Assembly (NCBI GenBank): GCA_041619515.1
Contig: JBFKDW010000004.1
Coordinates: 787-64,786 of the forward strand
Direction: 5' to 3'
Length of the DNA stretch: 64,000 nucleotides
Origin: Acidimicrobiia bacterium
GTDB taxonomy: Bacteria; Actinomycetota; Acidimicrobiia; Spongiisociales; SHLN01
This document shows positions 36,292-45,785 of this stretch, piece by piece (positions within the stretch are counted from its first letter, which is position 1; each line of letters starts with the position of its first letter). A program made the position numbers and the translations under genes. The notes below the pieces were generated by a model, which saw only the letters and a program-made list of their open reading frames with translations, was not told the origin of the DNA and did no database searches.

Positions 36292-37049
36292 GTTGGCACT
36301 CCTTTGGTTGTCGTGCCCGCCAGCGAGGCGATGATCTCGAGACGATCGACGAGTCGCGCACGCTCACGGGCGATACGGGAAAACAGGCTGCTGATGGGGG
36401 AGAGGTACTCCAGGACCCAGGCCTGGTGGCTGCGGTCGAGGTAGAAGACCTCGTCTACGTGGTCGGACAGCTCATCGGCGGACACATTCAGCTGGCCGGC
36501 CATAGCCCGGACTTCGTCTGCAGTCGGGGGCCACTCGGCGGGAGCAATCCCGCCCATGATGACCATGCCCGTGACCTCCGGACCGACCCGGATGAACCCC
36601 CGGGCGCATTCGAAGCCAAGGGGGGTAGGCCGGAACCGCGGGAGACGATCCGGGTCGGTACCGAGGTCGCGCCAGGTCTCGGCGCACAGCGGACGGGTGG
36701 TGGGGTGTTCGTGAACGAACCGGAAGAGGCCGCAGGGGTTGGCGGGCTCGATGAGCGGATGGCCGTCGAGATCGGTGACCAGCACCATGACCCCGAAGAT
36801 GCCGGCCAGGAGGTTGGCGAGCGGCTTTGCAACGCCGGGGAGCAGCATGTCGGCGAGCTGGCCGAGCGGCGCTTCGGATTGCATGCGGGCACTCGAATGC
36901 TTTCCGGAGAGCCACCGTTCGATCTCCACAGCGGGGAACCGCCATTGGCGGCCGACCTTCACCGCCGGCAGCTTCCCCGATTCTGCCATGCGATAGATGG
37001 TTGATCGATCCACGTTGATGAGGGCCTGGACGTCTCTGGTTGTCAACAT
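36288..37049 (-). CDS. HTH_17 (excisionase/BldC-like) + PocR-like sensor domain regulator
   Basis: MLTTRDVQALINVDRSTIYRMAESGKLPAVKVGRQWRF, then VLVTDLDGHPL..NPCGLF..C..GFEC; GTGA overlap with sqr. Confidence 0.8.
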   Translation of the reverse strand: MLTTRDVQALINVDRSTIYRMAESGKLPAVKVGRQWRFPAVEIERWLSGKHSSARMQSEAPLGQLADMLLPGVAKPLANLLAGIFGVMVLVTDLDGHPLIEPANPCGLFRFVHEHPTTRPLCAETWRDLGTDPDRLPRFRPTPLGFECARGFIRVGPEVTGMVIMGGIAPAEWPPTADEVRAMAGQLNVSADELSDHVDEVFYLDRSHQAWVLEYLSPISSLFSRIARERARLVDRLEIIASLAGTTTKGVPT

Positions 37050-37073
37050 CGTGGTCACAGCCGGCCCCGCCCA

Positions 37074-37109
37074 TCTGCTGTACATGCGACTCTCTGCATA
37101 TTCTGCATA
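37074..37109. promoter_or_regulatory. Phased 9-10 bp direct repeats upstream of the HTH_17-PocR gene
   Basis: TCTGCATA at 37093 and 37102; TGC cores at 37076, 37085, 37095 and 37104. Confidence 0.5.
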
Positions 37110-37160
37110 CTGTGAGTATCGAACAGCTGCAGTGTGATGCACTAGGGCCAAAAGGCCCCC

Positions 37161-37178
37161 TTGTGAAAAGAATCACAA
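37161..37178. promoter_or_regulatory. Rex/CRP-like palindromic operator
   Basis: TTGTGAAAAGAATCACAA: exact TGTGA-N6-TCACA, one mismatch to TTGTGAA-N4-TTCACAA. Confidence 0.7.
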
Positions 37179-37229
37179 AGCGAGCGGGGCGGGCATCCGG
37201 CCCGCTTCGACCAGCCGGGGATGCGGTTG

Positions 37230-37886
37230 CTACCGGACCCGAATCAGGCTGAGTCCGTCGCCCACGGGCAGCATGACGGTTTCGACCCGGTCGTCTCCTG
37301 CCACCATGTCGTTGAATGCCGCGATCGCCCGCGTATCGGTATCGCCCTCGTCCGGGTCGAGCACCCGGCCGCTCCACAAGACGTTGTCCACCATGATGAG
37401 GCCGCCGGGGCGGACCACGCGCATGAGTTCTTGGTAGTACGACGCATAGTTCACCTTGTCGGCGTCGATGAACGCAAGGTCGAACGGGGGATCAGCAGGC
37501 AAGGCCTGCAGCGTATCGAGCGCCGGGCCCAGCCGAAGGTCGATCCGGTCGCTTAGACCAGACCGCTCCCAATGCCGGCGGGCGATGGACGTCCATTCCT
37601 CGCTCACGTCGCAGCACAGAAGCTGCCCGTCTGGCGGGAGTCCACGGGCGATGCTGAGGGCCGAATAGCCGGTGAAGGTGCCCACTTCTATGGCTCGCCG
37701 GGCTTGGGTCAGCCGGGTGACCATCGTCATGAAGGCCCCCTGCTCCGGTGCGATCTGCATGCCGGCGACCTCGCCCAGCTCGCCCGTGACCTCGATCAGG
37801 CTTCGCTGGACGGCGTCGAGCGGGGAGGAGTGGTCGACGAGATAGGCGGTCAGTTCCGCCGATAGCCCGATACTGGAGCGTGACAT
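37230..37886 (-). CDS. SAM-dependent O-methyltransferase (caffeoyl-CoA OMT-like)
   Basis: MQIAPEQG, IEVGTFTGYS, FDLAFIDADK, DNVLWSG, GDGL. Confidence 0.92.
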   Translation of the reverse strand: MSRSSIGLSAELTAYLVDHSSPLDAVQRSLIEVTGELGEVAGMQIAPEQGAFMTMVTRLTQARRAIEVGTFTGYSALSIARGLPPDGQLLCCDVSEEWTSIARRHWERSGLSDRIDLRLGPALDTLQALPADPPFDLAFIDADKVNYASYYQELMRVVRPGGLIMVDNVLWSGRVLDPDEGDTDTRAIAAFNDMVAGDDRVETVMLPVGDGLSLIRVR

Positions 37887-37897
37887 GGCCGACGAGT

Positions 37898-39406
37898 CTA
37901 CGCGTCGGCCGGCTCGGGGCGGCGGTCCCACCAGGGCCGGGCCGTCTCGAGCTGACCCGCCAGACCGAGCAGGGTCTCCTCATCACCGAAACGACCGAGG
38001 AAATGTGAGCCGATCGGGAGGCCGTCCTGGTTCCAGTGGAGGGGGACACTCATGGCGGGGAAGCCTGTGAAATTGGCGAGTGGAGTGAACGCCACGTATT
38101 CGACGAGCTGCTCGATGAGATCGTCCAGGCCGACGCTCTGGTCGATCTGGCCGGTTTTCACCGGGGGGGCTCCCAGCACCGGAGAGAGGAAGAGGTCGAC
38201 TCGCTCCAGGAAGTCGGCCACCTCGTAGGTGATGGCCTGCAGCTCGCCGTAGGCGATCGCCAGCTCGCCGGAATGGGTGGAATAGGCGCGCTTGGCCAGG
38301 CCCCAGGTGAAGGGCTCGAACGCCGGTTGGCGGGACTTGAGGCTGTCGATCCGGGCGATGATGCGCATGGCCCGCCAATCTCCCAGCTTGCGGAGCAACC
38401 GGCCGATGAGTCGTTCGCTTGCCTGCTCCAGGATGAGTTGGAAGACGCTCGCCGGCACGGCTTCCCACAGCAGCAGGAAGGCGGCGGCCATCTGGTCTCC
38501 GTCCACCGCAGGTCGGTCCTCGATCACTTCGTGTCCCAGCTCCTCGCAGAGCCGAGCGGTCGTCAGCACGGCGGCTGCCACCTCGGCGTGGACGCGGCGT
38601 CCGCCGAAATCGTGAATGCTGTAGGCGATGCGCAGCCGCTCCGGATGGTGACGTGCTGCCACCGCGAAGGATCCCGCCGGCGAAGGGGCATGCCACCGGT
38701 CGCCCTGTACGGCGCCGTGGACGGCGTCGAGCAAGTGGGCGCTGTCGCGAACGCTGCGGCTCACGCACAGCCCGACGGGGAGGCCGTCCGGGCCCGACAG
38801 GGGTCGCTGGGGAGTCCTGCCCCTGGTCGGTTTGAGCCCGAACAGGCCGCAGGCCGAGGCGGGGATGCGGATGGATCCGCCGCCGTCGCTGGCGTGCGCC
38901 ATCGGAACCATGCCGGCCGCCACCGCGGCTGCGGCCCCGCCGCTGGAGCCTCCCGGCGAATGATCGAGCCTCCAGGGGTTTCGGGTGGGCCCATAGAGCA
39001 CGGGCTCGGTGTTGGGCAGCAGCCCGAGCTCAGGGGTGTTGGTTCGTCCCAGGCTGATGAGGCCGGCGGCGCGAAATCGTTCCACCAGCGCCGAAGTCGT
39101 GTCGGCCCTGTAGTCGCGGAAGAACACCGAGCCGAACGCGGCCTGTTCACCGTCTTCGAAGGCGAGGTCCTTGATGAGGAACGGAACTCCCGCAAATGGT
39201 CCCTCTGGTAGGGGCCCCGCCGCCCGCCGGCGGGCATCGTCGAAGCGGCGGCGGATCACCGCGTTGATCCCGGGGTCGCGCCGTTCGATTCTCTGGATGG
39301 CAGCCTCGACGAGCTCGCCGCTCTGGACCTGACGGCGGGCGACGAGCTCGGCCAGGCCGACGGCGTCGTGCTGCTCGTACTCGGCAAACGGCTCGAACTG
39401 GGTCAC
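37898..39406 (-). CDS. Amidase signature family enzyme
   Basis: [35 protein letters not shown]. Confidence 0.93.
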   Translation of the reverse strand: MTQFEPFAEYEQHDAVGLAELVARRQVQSGELVEAAIQRIERRDPGINAVIRRRFDDARRRAAGPLPEGPFAGVPFLIKDLAFEDGEQAAFGSVFFRDYRADTTSALVERFRAAGLISLGRTNTPELGLLPNTEPVLYGPTRNPWRLDHSPGGSSGGAAAAVAAGMVPMAHASDGGGSIRIPASACGLFGLKPTRGRTPQRPLSGPDGLPVGLCVSRSVRDSAHLLDAVHGAVQGDRWHAPSPAGSFAVAARHHPERLRIAYSIHDFGGRRVHAEVAAAVLTTARLCEELGHEVIEDRPAVDGDQMAAAFLLLWEAVPASVFQLILEQASERLIGRLLRKLGDWRAMRIIARIDSLKSRQPAFEPFTWGLAKRAYSTHSGELAIAYGELQAITYEVADFLERVDLFLSPVLGAPPVKTGQIDQSVGLDDLIEQLVEYVAFTPLANFTGFPAMSVPLHWNQDGLPIGSHFLGRFGDEETLLGLAGQLETARPWWDRRPEPADA

Positions 39407-39491
39407 GGGTGGAGCTTAGGATCGGGCGGGCTCCACAACGGTCTCGAAGCTCGGGACGACGGATGCCGGCTCGCGAACTGCGGCCGGAGCC

Positions 39492-39884
39492 TCAGCCCGC
39501 GGTTTCGACCGGGAGCCCGGAGGCCGCCCAGGCCCGGAACCCGCCGGCTACGTCGCCGGCACGGGCAAACCCCATCTTTGTGAGGTTGGCTGCCGCCAGG
39601 CTGGAGGAATACCCGTCGTTGCAGACGAGGATCAGGGTCGCCTCCCGGTCTGCGATCCGCTCGTCGCGGGATGCTGATGACGGATCGACCCGCCACGGCA
39701 CCACCGAGAGCGGAACGGCTATCGCCCCGGGGATGGCGCCCTCCGACTCCCGGTCGAAGGCACAGCGGAGGTCGATGAGGTGGCCACCGGCGGCCTGCGC
39801 CTCGAGAGCCTCCGAGGGGGTATATCTGCGGATGACCCGCCGGGCGGCTTCCAGCAGATCCTCGGCCGACAGGACTCTGTTCAT
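39492..39884 (-). CDS. Single-domain rhodanese-like protein
   Basis: LIDLR, GAIPGA, active loop CNDGYSS, AGGFRAW. Confidence 0.85.
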   Translation of the reverse strand: MNRVLSAEDLLEAARRVIRRYTPSEALEAQAAGGHLIDLRCAFDRESEGAIPGAIAVPLSVVPWRVDPSSASRDERIADREATLILVCNDGYSSSLAAANLTKMGFARAGDVAGGFRAWAASGLPVETAG

Positions 39885-39971
39885 CGCTCTACTGTATTCG
39901 ATCAGCCCGGCGGCGGGCGCGGCCATGTCGCCTAAAGTGGGGAAAACCGTGCTAGCACAGGAGGATGAGGC

Positions 39972-42026
39972 GTGGAACCCGAACGGATCCGCAATGTCGT
40001 ACTGGTAGGCCATAGCGGGTCCGGAAAGACGTCCCTCACCGAGGCCCTCGTGTACGCCGCCGGCGTGACCACTCGCCTCGGAACTGTGACCGACGGCAAC
40101 ACGGTCTCCGACTATGAGCCGGAGGAGGTCGGCCGCCAAAGCTCGATCAACCTGGCCGTCGCCCCCATCAATTGGCACGGGTACAAGATCAACGTCATCG
40201 ACACCCCCGGCTACTCCGACTTCGTCGGCGAGGTCCGCTCGGCGCTGCGGGCAGCCGATTTGGCGCTGTTTGTGGTGTCCGGCACCGACGGCGTCGAAGT
40301 CCAGACGGAGGTCATCTGGAAGCTGGCCGAGGAAGAGGGCATTGCCCGCGCCTTCTTCATCAACAAGCTCGACCGGGAACGGGCAAGCTACACCCGCGTG
40401 CTGACCGAGCTCAAGGCAGCATTCGGCACCGGCGTGGCACCGGTCGAGATGCCCGTCGGGTCAGAATCCGCCCTCCGAGGCGTGGCCGGGATCGTCTCCG
40501 AACATGCCTTCGTGTACGAGCCGGGCAACTGGAAGGGCAAAGAGGTGGATGTCCCCGAGGACATCGAAGACGAGATAGCAGAGGTGCGCACCGGGCTGGT
40601 TGAGGCAGTCGTCGAGAATGACGAGGCCTTGCTCGAGGCCTATTTCGAGGGCGTGATGCCGACTCAGGAACAGCTGGTTGACGGGCTGCGCCACGGCATC
40701 GCCGACCGGTCGATCTACCCGGTGTTGTGTGGCTCGGCCACCGCACTCATCGGCATCGATCGCCTGGCCGATCTGATCATCCGTGACGGGCCCTCGCCGC
40801 TCGATCGTCCGATGCCCCCCATCCAGGGTGAAGACGAGTTCGCCACCAATCCCGACGGGCCGGTCGAGGCGTACGTCTTCAAGACGATATCCGACCCCTA
40901 TCTGGGACGGATCTCGCTGTTCCGGCTGTTCTCCGGCACGATCAAGGCGGACGTGGTGCTCGAGAACCCACGAGTCAACGCCAACGGCAAGCTCCACAAC
41001 CTGTTCTTCATGCACGGCAAGGACCACGACGACACCAGCGAGGTCGGGTGCGGCGACATCGCGGCCGTTGCCAAGCTAGAGACCGTGCTATCGGGCGACA
41101 CCCTACGCGCCCCCGGCTCCGACGTGATCATCGATCCTGTCAAGATTCCCTCGCCGAACATGTGGCTGGCGGTCGAGCCCAAGACAGCCCACGACGAGGA
41201 GAAGCTGTCCACCGCTCTGGCCAAGGCCGTCGAGGAGGACACGGCGCTCATGATCGAACGCCGGGCCGAGACCAACCAGACTGTGCTGGCGGGGCAGGGC
41301 GACATTCACCTGGAAATGGCCCTCGCCAGGATGGCCCGCAAGTTCGGCGTCGAGGTGACTACTGAGGTACCGAAAGTCCCGTATCGAGAGTCGATTCGGG
41401 GTCGCGCCGACGTGGAGGGAAAGCACAAGAAGCAGTCGGGAGGGCGGGGCCAGTTCGGCGTCGCCTTCGTCAAATTCGAGCCACTCTCAAACGGAGAGGA
41501 GTACGAGTTCGTCGACGCAATCAAGGGCGGCTCCATTCCCAAAGCACTGATTCCGGCCGTTGACCGGGGAATCCAGGAGGCGCTCCAGCGCGGCCTCGTC
41601 GCCGGCTATCCGGTCGTGGGTGTTCGAGCGACTGCCTATGACGGGAAGTATCACTCGGTGGATTCCGATGAGATGTCTTTCCGGATGGCAGGTATCCAGG
41701 CAGTCAAGGCCGCCACGCCCAATCTGCAGCCGATTCTGCTCGAGCCCTACGTGACACTCCGGGTTACCGCACCCGATGCGTACATGGGTGACATCATCGG
41801 CGACCTCAACTCGAAGCGAGGCCGGGTGGGGGGCATGGATGCCCTCGGCACCATGCGGATCGTGACGGCGGAGGTGCCGCTCGGCGAGGTTCAGCGCTAC
41901 ACCATCGATCTTCGGTCGATAACCGGCGGTCGGGGAGCGTTCGAGCTCGAGTTCTCTCATTACGAGGAGATGCCTCCGCAGGAGGCACAGAAGGTGATCG
42001 CCGCCAGCGCGGCTGAGCGGGAATAG
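39972..42026 (+). CDS. fusA2: Elongation factor G-like protein (EF-G2 paralogue)
   Basis: GHSGSGKT, DTPG, NKLD, KKQSGGRGQF, HSVDS; G2 motif reads RQSSI rather than RGITI; not in an rpsL-rpsG-tuf context. Confidence 0.9.
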   Translation: MEPERIRNVVLVGHSGSGKTSLTEALVYAAGVTTRLGTVTDGNTVSDYEPEEVGRQSSINLAVAPINWHGYKINVIDTPGYSDFVGEVRSALRAADLALFVVSGTDGVEVQTEVIWKLAEEEGIARAFFINKLDRERASYTRVLTELKAAFGTGVAPVEMPVGSESALRGVAGIVSEHAFVYEPGNWKGKEVDVPEDIEDEIAEVRTGLVEAVVENDEALLEAYFEGVMPTQEQLVDGLRHGIADRSIYPVLCGSATALIGIDRLADLIIRDGPSPLDRPMPPIQGEDEFATNPDGPVEAYVFKTISDPYLGRISLFRLFSGTIKADVVLENPRVNANGKLHNLFFMHGKDHDDTSEVGCGDIAAVAKLETVLSGDTLRAPGSDVIIDPVKIPSPNMWLAVEPKTAHDEEKLSTALAKAVEEDTALMIERRAETNQTVLAGQGDIHLEMALARMARKFGVEVTTEVPKVPYRESIRGRADVEGKHKKQSGGRGQFGVAFVKFEPLSNGEEYEFVDAIKGGSIPKALIPAVDRGIQEALQRGLVAGYPVVGVRATAYDGKYHSVDSDEMSFRMAGIQAVKAATPNLQPILLEPYVTLRVTAPDAYMGDIIGDLNSKRGRVGGMDALGTMRIVTAEVPLGEVQRYTIDLRSITGGRGAFELEFSHYEEMPPQEAQKVIAASAAERE

Positions 42027-42069
42027 CCGCCCACCGCACGCGTCGGCCGAGTGCGGCCGCCCGATCCCG

Positions 42070-42759
42070 TCAGGTGTGTCCCGGGACGTCGACCATGATT
42101 GCCGAATGGTCCGAGCCCGGTACCGGAACGATCCAAAGGTCGGAGACCACCACCCTGTCGACGAACACGTGGTCGATGCGAAGCAACCTCGGCGATCCCG
42201 AGGTCGGGCCCCAGGTGCGGCGCGGCAGCCTTCCGAAGCGCTTGGCCGTGGTGCGGGCGGCATCCTCGAAGCGTGCCGACAGCCGGCGGTAGAGGGGCCA
42301 CAGAGGAGTGGAGTTCATGTCACCGATCACCATGCGGGGATGGTCGGGAGCCGACTCTAGATAGGCGTTGAAGGCGGCAAGCTGCCCGCGGCGCGCAGCA
42401 CGGGCCTGCACGGGTTGGCGGGGGCCGGGGGCCGCGAAGTGAAGGTTCACTATCTCGAGGGGCGCTTGCAGGGTCGGCCAGTCGGGCGGCTCGAGCACGG
42501 CAACCAGCCCATCTTTGTGGGGCAGCTCCAGCCTGGTGACCTTGGCCGGCCGGTTGAGGGCAATGCCCATGCCCGTGAAGTCGTGGGCGGGGTTGAGCTC
42601 GCCGAAGGAGTAGAGATCACCGAGCCGATCGGCCGCGGCATGGTTCAGCTCCTGAGTGCAGACGACGTCGGGGTCGAAGTGCTCGACCTGCTCGGCGAAC
42701 CCGGCTGCATCGACCCGGTCGGCCCATAGGTTGGCGGTCATGATGCGAAGGCGCTCCAT
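42070..42759 (-). CDS. Endonuclease/exonuclease/phosphatase family protein
   Basis: IMTANL, DVVCTQE, GDMNSTP, RIDHVFV, GSDH. Confidence 0.88.
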   Translation of the reverse strand: MERLRIMTANLWADRVDAAGFAEQVEHFDPDVVCTQELNHAAADRLGDLYSFGELNPAHDFTGMGIALNRPAKVTRLELPHKDGLVAVLEPPDWPTLQAPLEIVNLHFAAPGPRQPVQARAARRGQLAAFNAYLESAPDHPRMVIGDMNSTPLWPLYRRLSARFEDAARTTAKRFGRLPRRTWGPTSGSPRLLRIDHVFVDRVVVSDLWIVPVPGSDHSAIMVDVPGHT

Positions 42760-42809
42760 GACATCTCCCATCGGCACGAGGCACAGCCGCCCTGAGCCGT
42801 GCGTGCCGG

Positions 42810-43667
42810 CTAGAGAACGCCGGCAACGGGTCCGGCGACGAACCCGGCAGCAGCGAGGCCGTCGATGATGTCCTGGAGGGCGGCTGCATCCTGGGATGCT
42901 GAGCCGACGTGGAACAGGTAGATGGCGCCTGCTTCGGCCCGGCTGAGGCACCGCTCGGTGATTGCCGCCGCCGACAGCCCGTTCCACCCGAGGGAGTCGA
43001 CCGTCCAGTACAGGTTGTAGGTGTAGCCGCGGGCGTAGAGATCGGTGTTGACGGATGCGTCGTAGGCACCGAACGGGGGTCGAAACCACGGCTTGGTGGT
43101 GCTCCCCGTGATGGCAGAGATGGCGGCGTCGGTCCGGTCCAGTTGATCCCACCGCTGCTCGGTGGTCAGGGTCGTGAAATCGGCGTGGCTCCACGAGTGG
43201 TTGAAGATGTGGTGGCCTTCATCGGCGATTCGGGCAACCAGGTCGGGGTTGGCCTCGACCCAGGCGCCCGTCAATCCAAAGCTGGCTGCGATCCCGTTGG
43301 CGGCCAGTGTGTCGAGAATGTCGGCGGTGAATCCGCGGTCGGAGCCGGCGTCGAACGTGAGCGCCACCGTGTTGCGGTCAGCGACTCCCCGCACCAGGAC
43401 CTGAGCGGAGCCGGCCGGGGGGATCGTGCTCGTCGTGCTCGTCGTTGTGGGGGAAGCACCGGTCGTCGTCGTGGTCGGATGGAGTGTCGTCGCGGTGGTG
43501 GTGCTCGTGGTGCTCGTGGTGCTCGTCGTGCTCGTCGTGCTCGTCGTGCTTGTCGAGGTCGTGGCCGGAGCAGTCGTCTGGGACGTGGTGCCAGGAGTGG
43601 CTCCGGATCCACATGCGGCCGCCACCAGGGCGATGGTTGCGAACAGGCTTGCTGCACGCGGTCTCAT
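42810..43667 (-). CDS. Polysaccharide deacetylase (NodB/CE4) lipoprotein with Thr/Ser-rich linker
   Basis: Lipobox VAAAC; ALTFDAG, NHSWSH, FRPPFG, LFH. Confidence 0.9.
   Translation of the reverse strand: MRPRAASLFATIALVAAACGSGATPGTTSQTTAPATTSTSTTSTTSTTSTTSTTSTTTATTLHPTTTTTGASPTTTSTTSTIPPAGSAQVLVRGVADRNTVALTFDAGSDRGFTADILDTLAANGIAASFGLTGAWVEANPDLVARIADEGHHIFNHSWSHADFTTLTTEQRWDQLDRTDAAISAITGSTTKPWFRPPFGAYDASVNTDLYARGYTYNLYWTVDSLGWNGLSAAAITERCLSRAEAGAIYLFHVGSASQDAAALQDIIDGLAAAGFVAGPVAGVL
43501..43554. repeat. 9-bp tandem repeat (GTGCTCGTS x6) encoding Thr-Ser-Thr linker units
   Basis: gtgctcgtg x2, gtgctcgtc x3, gtgcttgtc; two more units at 43426-43443. Confidence 0.85.
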
Positions 43668-43841
43668 GATGTGTCTACGCGCAGTATCTGCCTGACGGGT
43701 CGCGAAATCAATGGGGTCTTGTGGCCGGTATCGGCCGCGGCTTTCGAGCCCCTGTGGTCAGGGCTTCGGTGGGCGGACGAGCCGGCGTCGGCCGTGGCCG
43801 GCGGTTTGCGTCGCCCGTGGCATTCGTGTTGGCTGGCGGCC

Positions 43842-44747
43842 GTGAAAGTCGGCATTCAACTCCCCGAGATCGAGCGCGAGGTTCGCTGGCCCGAGCTGCG
43901 GGACATGATTCGTCTCATCGAGGATGGCGGCTTTGATTCCATCTGGGTGGGCGACCATCTCCTCTACCGGGCGCCCCACATCGGGGTGGCCGGTCCGTGG
44001 GAGGCGTGGACGCAGCTGGCGGCCATCGCCGCTACGACCGAGCGTGTCGAGTTCGGGCCCCTCGTAGCGTCGACTTCCTTCCACAACCCGGCCATGATCG
44101 CCAAGAAGGCCGCCACCATCGACGAGATCAGCGGAGGTCGGCTGATACTCGGCCTCGGAGCGGGATGGAACGAGACCGAGTATCGGGCGTTCGGATTCCC
44201 CTACGACCATCGCGTGAGCCGGTTCGAGGAAGCGTTCACGATCATCCGGACGTTGCTGCGTGAGGGCGAGATCGACTTCGACGGCACCTATTACTCGGTG
44301 CGCGATTGCGAGATCCTTCCGCGTGGGCCCAGGCCCGAAGGGCCACCCCTGATGATCGGATCACACGGGGCACGAATGCTCTCCATTACCGCTCCGCACA
44401 TGGATGCGTGGAACGCCTGGCATGCCTGGTTCGGCAACGAACCCACCCGGCTCGATCCCTACCTCGGGCAGGTGGACGCCGCCGTCGCGGCCGCAGGCCG
44501 CAGGCCGTCGGAGGTGGACAAGACGGTGGCGGTCCTGGTGCAGTTCGGCGGGGGGTCGGGGCGGATAGCCGGCAATCCGGCCCGCGGCGTGTCGACACCG
44601 CTGACCGGCTCCCACGAGGAAATTGTTTCCAAATTGGGCGAATATCGCGATCTCGGAATAAAACACCTGCAAGTTGTGCTCGATCCGATTAGCCTCGCAT
44701 CGATTACAGAAATGGCGGAGATTCTGCCGGGCGTGAAATCGCTTTGA
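43842..44747 (+). CDS. LLM-class flavin-dependent oxidoreductase
   Basis: GFDSIWVGDH, ATIDEISGGRLILGLGAGW, PPLMIG. Confidence 0.92.
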   Translation: MKVGIQLPEIEREVRWPELRDMIRLIEDGGFDSIWVGDHLLYRAPHIGVAGPWEAWTQLAAIAATTERVEFGPLVASTSFHNPAMIAKKAATIDEISGGRLILGLGAGWNETEYRAFGFPYDHRVSRFEEAFTIIRTLLREGEIDFDGTYYSVRDCEILPRGPRPEGPPLMIGSHGARMLSITAPHMDAWNAWHAWFGNEPTRLDPYLGQVDAAVAAAGRRPSEVDKTVAVLVQFGGGSGRIAGNPARGVSTPLTGSHEEIVSKLGEYRDLGIKHLQVVLDPISLASITEMAEILPGVKSL

Positions 44748-44750
44748 TTG

Positions 44751-44776
44751 GGAACATTTTTCGCCCGCGAGCCGTT
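44751..44776 (+). promoter_or_regulatory. ECF sigma (SigH/SigE/SigR-type) promoter
   Basis: GGAAC-N17-CGTT upstream of the sigma-factor gene. Confidence 0.65.
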
Positions 44777-44792
44777 ATAAAGCGCGGATGCT

Positions 44793-44810
44793 ATGTGAAC
44801 TGATTCACAA
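44793..44810. promoter_or_regulatory. Rex/CRP-like palindromic operator
   Basis: ATGTGAACTGATTCACAA: exact TGTGA-N6-TCACA, one mismatch to the Rex consensus. Confidence 0.7.
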
Positions 44811-44852
44811 CCACGGTGCGTGAATACGGTTCGTCCGCCCGTAGGAGGGCCA

Positions 44853-45785
44853 ATGGTTACAGCTCAGCGACAGGTCAGCGGCGCGGTAGACGACGTCACG
44901 TACTACCTCAACAATATCGCGCGCCATGACCTGCTGACTGCCGAAGACGAAGTCATGCTGGCACAGGCGATCGAAGCCGGCCGGGAGGCCGCCGCGCGTC
45001 TCGAGACCGAAAAGAGGATTCCGCAGAAAGAACGGGTCCGTTTGCAACGAGAGGTGCGGGCCGCCGAGAACGCTCGCAACCGCTTTCTGAACTCCAACCT
45101 GCGTCTGGTGGTCGCCCACGCCCGCAAGTTCCGGGGGGCCGAGGGCATCGACTTCATCGACCTGATCCAGGAGGGCAACCTCGGCCTCATCCGGGCTGTG
45201 GAGAAGTTCGAGTGGCGCAAGGGATTCAAGTTCTCCACGTACGCCTCGTGGTGGATTCGCCAGGCGCTCAGCAGGGCCGTGACCGAGAAGTCGCGCACGA
45301 TCCGGGTGCCCGGGCGCCTCTCCGACGCCGCGGCCACCGTGCACGCCATCAAGAACCGGCTCCAGGCCGAGCTCGGTCGGGAGGCCTCGATCGTCGAGCT
45401 GGCCGAGGAGAGCGGGCTGAGCGAAGCCCACGTGCGCGAAGCGCTTGCGGTCAAGGACTCTGTGAGCCTGGAGAGCCCCGTCGGTGAAGACGGGGCGATG
45501 CTGGGTGATTTCGTCATGGTCGAAGACGACGACAACGACCCGGTCATCCGGGCCGAGAGCCTCGCCGTCGGCGAGGATCTGCGCCAGGCAATCAATCGCC
45601 TGCCCGCTCGGGAACGTCGCATCCTGCTGCTTCGCTACGGCTTCGTCGACGGTGAGCCCAAGGCGCTGCCAGACATCGGCGCCGAGCTCAACCTGACCCC
45701 CGAGCGGATTCGCCAGATCGAGAAGGTCGCCCTGTGCCGCCTCCGTCATCCCAGTTTCGGGATGAGCGAAGAGGCACTTCTCTAG
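44853..45785 (+). CDS. Sigma-70 family group-2 sigma factor (SigB/HrdD-like)
   Basis: NLRLVV, DLIQEGNLGLIRAVEKF, GFKFSTYASWWIRQA, ERIRQIE; no region 1.1; AGGAGG RBS. Confidence 0.92.
   Translation: MVTAQRQVSGAVDDVTYYLNNIARHDLLTAEDEVMLAQAIEAGREAAARLETEKRIPQKERVRLQREVRAAENARNRFLNSNLRLVVAHARKFRGAEGIDFIDLIQEGNLGLIRAVEKFEWRKGFKFSTYASWWIRQALSRAVTEKSRTIRVPGRLSDAAATVHAIKNRLQAELGREASIVELAEESGLSEAHVREALAVKDSVSLESPVGEDGAMLGDFVMVEDDDNDPVIRAESLAVGEDLRQAINRLPARERRILLLRYGFVDGEPKALPDIGAELNLTPERIRQIEKVALCRLRHPSFGMSEEALL

Noticed and set aside
36288-37049. Excisionase indicating an integrated mobile element
   Set aside because: The HTH_17 is fused to a sensor domain and coupled to sqr; no integrase, att repeats or tRNA nearby.
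43426-43554. CRISPR-like repeat array
   Set aside because: 9-bp tandem units without spacers, inside a coding linker; no cas genes.
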